Source of the DNA: Candidatus Omnitrophota bacterium | GTDB lineage: Bacteria; Omnitrophota; Gorgyraeia; Zapsychrales; Fredricksoniimonadaceae | Assembly (NCBI GenBank): GCA_016201795.1 | Contig: JACQCF010000002.1 | Coordinates: 45,122 to 109,121, forward strand | Direction: 5' to 3' | Length of the DNA: 64,000 nucleotides | Shown: in pieces, positions 59,564 through 64,000 of the stretch | Numbering within the stretch: the first letter of the stretch is position 1 | Layout of the letters: each line of letters begins with the position of its first letter | The notes under the pieces: model-generated | Database searches by the model: none | Told to the model about the DNA's origin: nothing | Seen by the model: the letters and a program-made list of their open reading frames with translations, nothing else | Position numbers and translations under genes: made by a program

Positions 59564-60016
59564 ATGCGGGTTATGATTCAGGGCATTGAAATCAAAAAAC
59601 TCATCGCTCATCAAGACGAACGAGGCTTCTTTTGCGAACTGATCCGTACCTCCGACGAATTTTTTAAAGGGCAGTTTGGCCAGTTAAGCCATTCGATGAC
59701 GCATACGGGTGTCTTCAAGGCATGGCACATGCATCATAAGCAAACCGATTGGATTTGTGCTATTGCCGGAGATATCAAATTGGGCCTGTACGATATGCGT
59801 AAGGGCTCCTCAACCCACGGCCAGTTGAATGAGATTTTGATGGGCCAAACTCATGGCCGCGTGGTGGTTAAAATTCCGCCGGGGATTGCGCACGGGTATA
59901 AGATTATCCAGGGGCCCGCTCATATCATTTATGTGATGAATAGGGAATATGATCCCAGCGATGAAATTCGTATCCCCCATGATGACGCTACCATTGGATA
60001 CGATTGGACAGTATGA
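59564..60016 (+). CDS. RmlC-like cupin sugar 3,5-epimerase
   Basis: DERGFF.E, KAWHMH, D.R..SST and IPPGIAHG. Confidence 0.82.
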   Translation: MRVMIQGIEIKKLIAHQDERGFFCELIRTSDEFFKGQFGQLSHSMTHTGVFKAWHMHHKQTDWICAIAGDIKLGLYDMRKGSSTHGQLNEILMGQTHGRVVVKIPPGIAHGYKIIQGPAHIIYVMNREYDPSDEIRIPHDDATIGYDWTV

Positions 60017-60951
60017 TGAAAAATTTTTATGCCGGTAAACGGATTTTGGTTACGGGTGCGACGGGATATTTAGGTTCTTGCGTCCTGCGCGCTTTGAGTG
60101 ACTGGTCCTGCGAGGTCAAAGTCCTGCAGACGGATATACGCGATGAAAATATTTGGCCGGGCCTGTTAAAGGATGTAGATATTATTTTTCATTTTGCGGC
60201 GCAAACCAGTGCGTATGTAGCCAATGAAGATCCGGTCAACGACGTTAAAGTCAATGTTCTGCCGGTCGCGGCCTTGCTTGCGGCATGTTCAAAGCATCAT
60301 CTTCGGCCGGATATTATTTTTTCAGGGACTGTCACTCAGGCCGGATTGACACAGCATTGGCCTGTCAATGAGTCGGTTAAAGACGATCCCTTGACGGTTT
60401 ACGATATTCATAAACTGACGGTCGAGCATTATCTGCGTTATTATAGCCGTCAGCTAGGCGGCAGGGCGGTGACCTTGCGTTTAGCCAACCTTTATGGGCC
60501 AGGCCCAAGTGCGAGTAGTTCCGATCGAGGCATTCTCAATAAGATGGTTGAGAAGGCATTACAAGGCAAACCGTTGACGGTTTATGGGGATGGAAATTTT
60601 ATCCGGGATTATATTTTTATTGATGATGTGGCCCGTGCTTTTTTAGCGGCCGGAGCTCATATAGATGCTTTGAAAGGAAATTATTATGTGATTGGCAGCG
60701 GCAAGGGCCATACGGTGGCGGATATGGCGCAAATAGTTGCGCAAGAGGCGGCGCGACACACAGGTAAGTCTGTGGCGGTTGAACATGTGCCGGCGCCAGA
60801 GGGGCTATCACCCATTGAATTTAGAAATTTTGTTGCGGACACCGCATCTTTTAGCTCTTTAACGGGTTGGCAGGCCGAAGTTGACTTGACCGAAGGAGTT
60901 CGTCGAACTATTCAAACCATGGAAACATTGATGCGACAGAGGCAAAAATGA
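60013..60951 (+). CDS. NAD-dependent epimerase/dehydratase
   Basis: TGATGYLG, YDIHK, RLANLYGP and RDYIFIDD. Confidence 0.87.
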   Translation: MMKNFYAGKRILVTGATGYLGSCVLRALSDWSCEVKVLQTDIRDENIWPGLLKDVDIIFHFAAQTSAYVANEDPVNDVKVNVLPVAALLAACSKHHLRPDIIFSGTVTQAGLTQHWPVNESVKDDPLTVYDIHKLTVEHYLRYYSRQLGGRAVTLRLANLYGPGPSASSSDRGILNKMVEKALQGKPLTVYGDGNFIRDYIFIDDVARAFLAAGAHIDALKGNYYVIGSGKGHTVADMAQIVAQEAARHTGKSVAVEHVPAPEGLSPIEFRNFVADTASFSSLTGWQAEVDLTEGVRRTIQTMETLMRQRQK

Positions 60952-61907
60952 ACATACTGATTTTGGGAGGAGCTGGATTTATTGGCAGCAACTTGGTCAG
61001 GCGCTGTTTAGCTGACCGCAGCAATAAGGTTACGGTTGTTGATTCATTAGACCAACGGCTTAAAAGTACGAAAGAACATTTAAAGGCCGTTAGCGCGGAT
61101 ATTGAATTTATCCAAGGCGATATCAGGGATGCTGCCTTAATGCAGGAGGTGGTCGTCGGGAAAGAAGTGATTTTTAATTGTGCGGCCCAAACGTCCCATC
61201 CGTTATCATTGACCGACCCGCTTTATGATGCACAGGTCAATTGCCTGGGGAGCCTGACCGTGCTGGAAGCCGTCAAAAACAGAAACCCTAAAGCCATGAT
61301 CGTTTATACATCCAGTAGTACGGTCATCGGCAAATCCCAGGGTGATGTAGTGGATGAGTCGCACGGGGAGCGCCCTTTGGATATTTATTCCGCCAATAAA
61401 GGCGTGGTCGAGAAATACCATTGGATTTATCACCATGTGCATGGGCTCAAGACGTTGTCGATCCGCTTCGCGAATCTTTTCGGTCCGTATGGCAAGGGGT
61501 ATCCCGAATTCGGATTTATCAATTATTTTATTGCCTTAGCCCGGCAGGACAAACAGATCCAGATATTCGGCGATGGTCTTCAGCAGAGAAACGTCATGTA
61601 TGTGCAAGATGCTGTTGACTTATTGTACGGTTGTGTTTCCCATCCGCCTATTTTTGGTGATATTTATTTCGCGGCTCACCGACAACATTATTCCGTGACT
61701 CAGATCGCTGCTGAGATCGTTTCTGTTTTCGGCCGGGGAAAGATTGTCCATGTGCCATGGCCGGATTTGCGCCAGAAGATTGAGATTGATAATGTCGTCA
61801 TCTCTTCTGCAAAGCTTAATCGCGTCATTGATTTTCAGCCCAGGTATAACTTAAGGGAAGGGCTCCTCAGGACCGAAGAGATATTTGAAAAGGAGGCAGT
61901 ATCGTGA
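60948..61907 (+). CDS. NAD-dependent epimerase/dehydratase
   Basis: GGAGFIG, YSANK and RFANLFGP. Confidence 0.87.
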   Translation: MNILILGGAGFIGSNLVRRCLADRSNKVTVVDSLDQRLKSTKEHLKAVSADIEFIQGDIRDAALMQEVVVGKEVIFNCAAQTSHPLSLTDPLYDAQVNCLGSLTVLEAVKNRNPKAMIVYTSSSTVIGKSQGDVVDESHGERPLDIYSANKGVVEKYHWIYHHVHGLKTLSIRFANLFGPYGKGYPEFGFINYFIALARQDKQIQIFGDGLQQRNVMYVQDAVDLLYGCVSHPPIFGDIYFAAHRQHYSVTQIAAEIVSVFGRGKIVHVPWPDLRQKIEIDNVVISSAKLNRVIDFQPRYNLREGLLRTEEIFEKEAVS

Positions 61908-62857
61908 ATATTTGTATTACCGGCGCGGCAGGACATATCGGTTCTGCCTTAATTCGCAACATATCTTTGCCGTCTGTCGATAAAGTGCATCTGGTGGATA
62001 ATTTGATGACGCAGCGCTACGCCTCTTTATTTAATCTGCCGGAGGGTGTCAATTATGTTTTTCATGAAATAGATGTCATGTCTGATCAGATGAGGGAAGT
62101 CATTGGCGATTGTGACGTGCTTATCCATCTAGCGGCGGTGACGGATGCGCAGGCGAGTTTCCATCAGGTTGAACTGGTCGAAAAAGTCAATAAGCTGGGA
62201 CTGGAACACGTGGCCAAAATTTGTGCCCAGGAACAATGCGCTTTATTATTTCCCTCATCGACTAGCGTTTATGGCGTTTCCCAGGGCATTGTTGATGAGA
62301 ATTGTAGCGAAGCGGCCTTAAAACCTCAAAGCCCTTACGCGGAATCGAAACTTTACGGAGAAAAACTCCTAAAGACTTTATCCAAAGAAGAAGGATTACG
62401 TTTTGTTACCTTTAGGTTGGGGACGATTTTCGGCTATTCCATCGGCATGCGTTTTCATACAGCCGTGAATAAATTTATTTGGCAGGCATCCCAGGGAAAA
62501 GAAATAACGGTTTGGCAGACGGCTTTAAATCAGAAACGGCCTTATTGTGATCTGAATGATTGCGTGCAGGCCATTCAATATGTTTTGAAGGAAGATATCT
62601 TTGACGGGGAAATTTATAATATCCTGACAACTAATTTGACCGTCGCCCAAGTGATTGAAGCCATCAAGAAGTATGTGCCCCATTTGGCTGTTAAATTTGT
62701 TGATTCAGTCCTTATGAACCAATTGTCTTATGATGTCTGTACCAAGAAATCCCTGGCGCGCGGGTTTCGTTATACAGGGCAGTTAGACCAGCGCGTTCGG
62801 GAAACCATTGAGCAATTAAGAAATTTGAACCCTTCGACAGTCGGTATCCGTTTATGA
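61904..62857 (+). CDS. NAD-dependent epimerase/dehydratase (extended SDR)
   Basis: TGAAGHIG, YAESK and RLGTIFG.S.GMRF. Confidence 0.87.
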   Translation: MNICITGAAGHIGSALIRNISLPSVDKVHLVDNLMTQRYASLFNLPEGVNYVFHEIDVMSDQMREVIGDCDVLIHLAAVTDAQASFHQVELVEKVNKLGLEHVAKICAQEQCALLFPSSTSVYGVSQGIVDENCSEAALKPQSPYAESKLYGEKLLKTLSKEEGLRFVTFRLGTIFGYSIGMRFHTAVNKFIWQASQGKEITVWQTALNQKRPYCDLNDCVQAIQYVLKEDIFDGEIYNILTTNLTVAQVIEAIKKYVPHLAVKFVDSVLMNQLSYDVCTKKSLARGFRYTGQLDQRVRETIEQLRNLNPSTVGIRL

Positions 62858-64000
62858 GCGATCATTTCAAAGTGGGGATTGTTATTCCTAATTATGGCCG
62901 TCTGGAATATTTGAAAGAAGCCGTTGACAGCGTCCTTGGCCAGAGCTATGAAAATTTTGAGCTGCTGATTAGCGACGATCATTCCCCTGATCCGGCCATT
63001 GGCACGTATTTAAGTCAAATCAAAGATCCCAGGGTCAAATGGGTGATCAACCGGACGAATGTGGGGACAACCAAGAATTATGATCAAGGGGTCAGGATGT
63101 TGGGCAAGGACATTACCTGGGCGCTGATCTTGGACAATGATGATGTTTTGGATAAAGACTATATCCAGGCCATGGTGCAGGCTCACATTCAAAACCGCCA
63201 AGCAAAAGTTATTTGCGGCCACCAGATTTTTGTTAATGCACATAAGCAAATGATCAAGAAAGACGGAGGATATCCTGAGCATGAAACCGCCCAAGATTAT
63301 TTGTTGCTCAGATGCCGAGGGCAGCGGGATTTAAGGTCATCCAATGTTTTTTTTGATTTAAAGCGTTTTTTTGAGGTGGGCGGGTACCCACCGTTTGATT
63401 CCGGGATGGGGACGGATACAGTATTGATTTTTGCTCTGGCATTTGATAATCAGGTGGGCTTTGCCCCGGCTGCGCGAATTTATATCAGGGTGCATGAAGA
63501 GGCGGAATCTATGACCACGGATCATCTGTGGGAGAAATTATTGTCTATGAAACAAATGCAGGATTATTGCCTGGGTGTATATAATCATCATCCACCATAC
63601 TTCTCACAACATAAAAGACAGGTATTGGCCGCGCTTAGGCAGCACGTGAAGCTGCAGGGCTCTGCGTTGTTAGTTAAGCGCTATCGGGAAATTGTGTCAA
63701 CCCTTCCTGCTGGCGTTGCCCGCAAAACATTACAAGAGATGCTGCAGCGATGCCGCAAGGAAAAGATAAAGGTATCATGGCAATTTTTAATGCTGGCAGG
63801 ATTTTTTAATATTCTTGGTGTTCATGTGGAAGAGTTGCTGGCGTATCAGTTTTTACGTCGTTGTAAAAATATTTTTATTTTTAAGGTCACATTAAGATGT
63901 GCTTACGTCCTTTTGACGCATTGTTGCATGGTGTGTTGCTCTTTGATCGACAAGCGTAGTGGCGGAGTTTTATTATTGCGGCTTGATGCGCTGGGCGACT
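62854..64000 (+). CDS. Glycosyltransferase family 2, running off the window (not in the ORF track); probable C-terminal GT9 domain
   Basis: Manual translation gives MSDHFKVGIVIPNYGR..EAVDSVLGQSYENFELLISDDHS..LDNDD. There is no stop through 64000, and the frame ends VLLLRLDALGD. Confidence 0.85.
   Translation, partial: MSDHFKVGIVIPNYGRLEYLKEAVDSVLGQSYENFELLISDDHSPDPAIGTYLSQIKDPRVKWVINRTNVGTTKNYDQGVRMLGKDITWALILDNDDVLDKDYIQAMVQAHIQNRQAKVICGHQIFVNAHKQMIKKDGGYPEHETAQDYLLLRCRGQRDLRSSNVFFDLKRFFEVGGYPPFDSGMGTDTVLIFALAFDNQVGFAPAARIYIRVHEEAESMTTDHLWEKLLSMKQMQDYCLGVYNHHPPYFSQHKRQVLAALRQHVKLQGSALLVKRYREIVSTLPAGVARKTLQEMLQRCRKEKIKVSWQFLMLAGFFNILGVHVEELLAYQFLRRCKNIFIFKVTLRCAYVLLTHCCMVCCSLIDKRSGGVLLLRLDALGD

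Overview
A gene-dense bacterial chromosome segment, almost all on the + strand, from a diderm organism. The style suggests Candidatus Omnitrophota/PVC, but that is an impression and not a search result. There are three blocks. (1) 1-19.2 kb is an LPS/surface-glycan cluster: GDP-heptose enzymes (HddA, HddC, GmhB), a B12-binding radical SAM protein, a His-for-Lys (ColD-type) PLP enzyme, two paralogous polytopic membrane proteins each followed by a methyltransferase, GT9, WaaL and other glycosyltransferases. (2) 19.3-37.1 kb is housekeeping and accessory: a degenerate priA with an in-frame palindromic insertion, fmt, two tandem galT paralogs (one lacks the catalytic His), a small leaderless ORF, an RND-TolC fusion, a YHS protein, YyaL, a kinetoplastid/spirochete-like gap, metE and metF. 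(3) 37.2-64 kb is a second glycan locus headed by a MarR-type regulator: a pseudaminic-acid-type pathway with extra enzymes, C-methyltransferases, SDR epimerases and a terminal GT2 that appears fused to GT9. At least four distinct short palindromic (REP-like) element types occur, several overlapping coding sequence. I saw no rRNA, tRNA, CRISPR array, transposase or prophage gene. All family calls come from motif recognition by eye, with no database searches.
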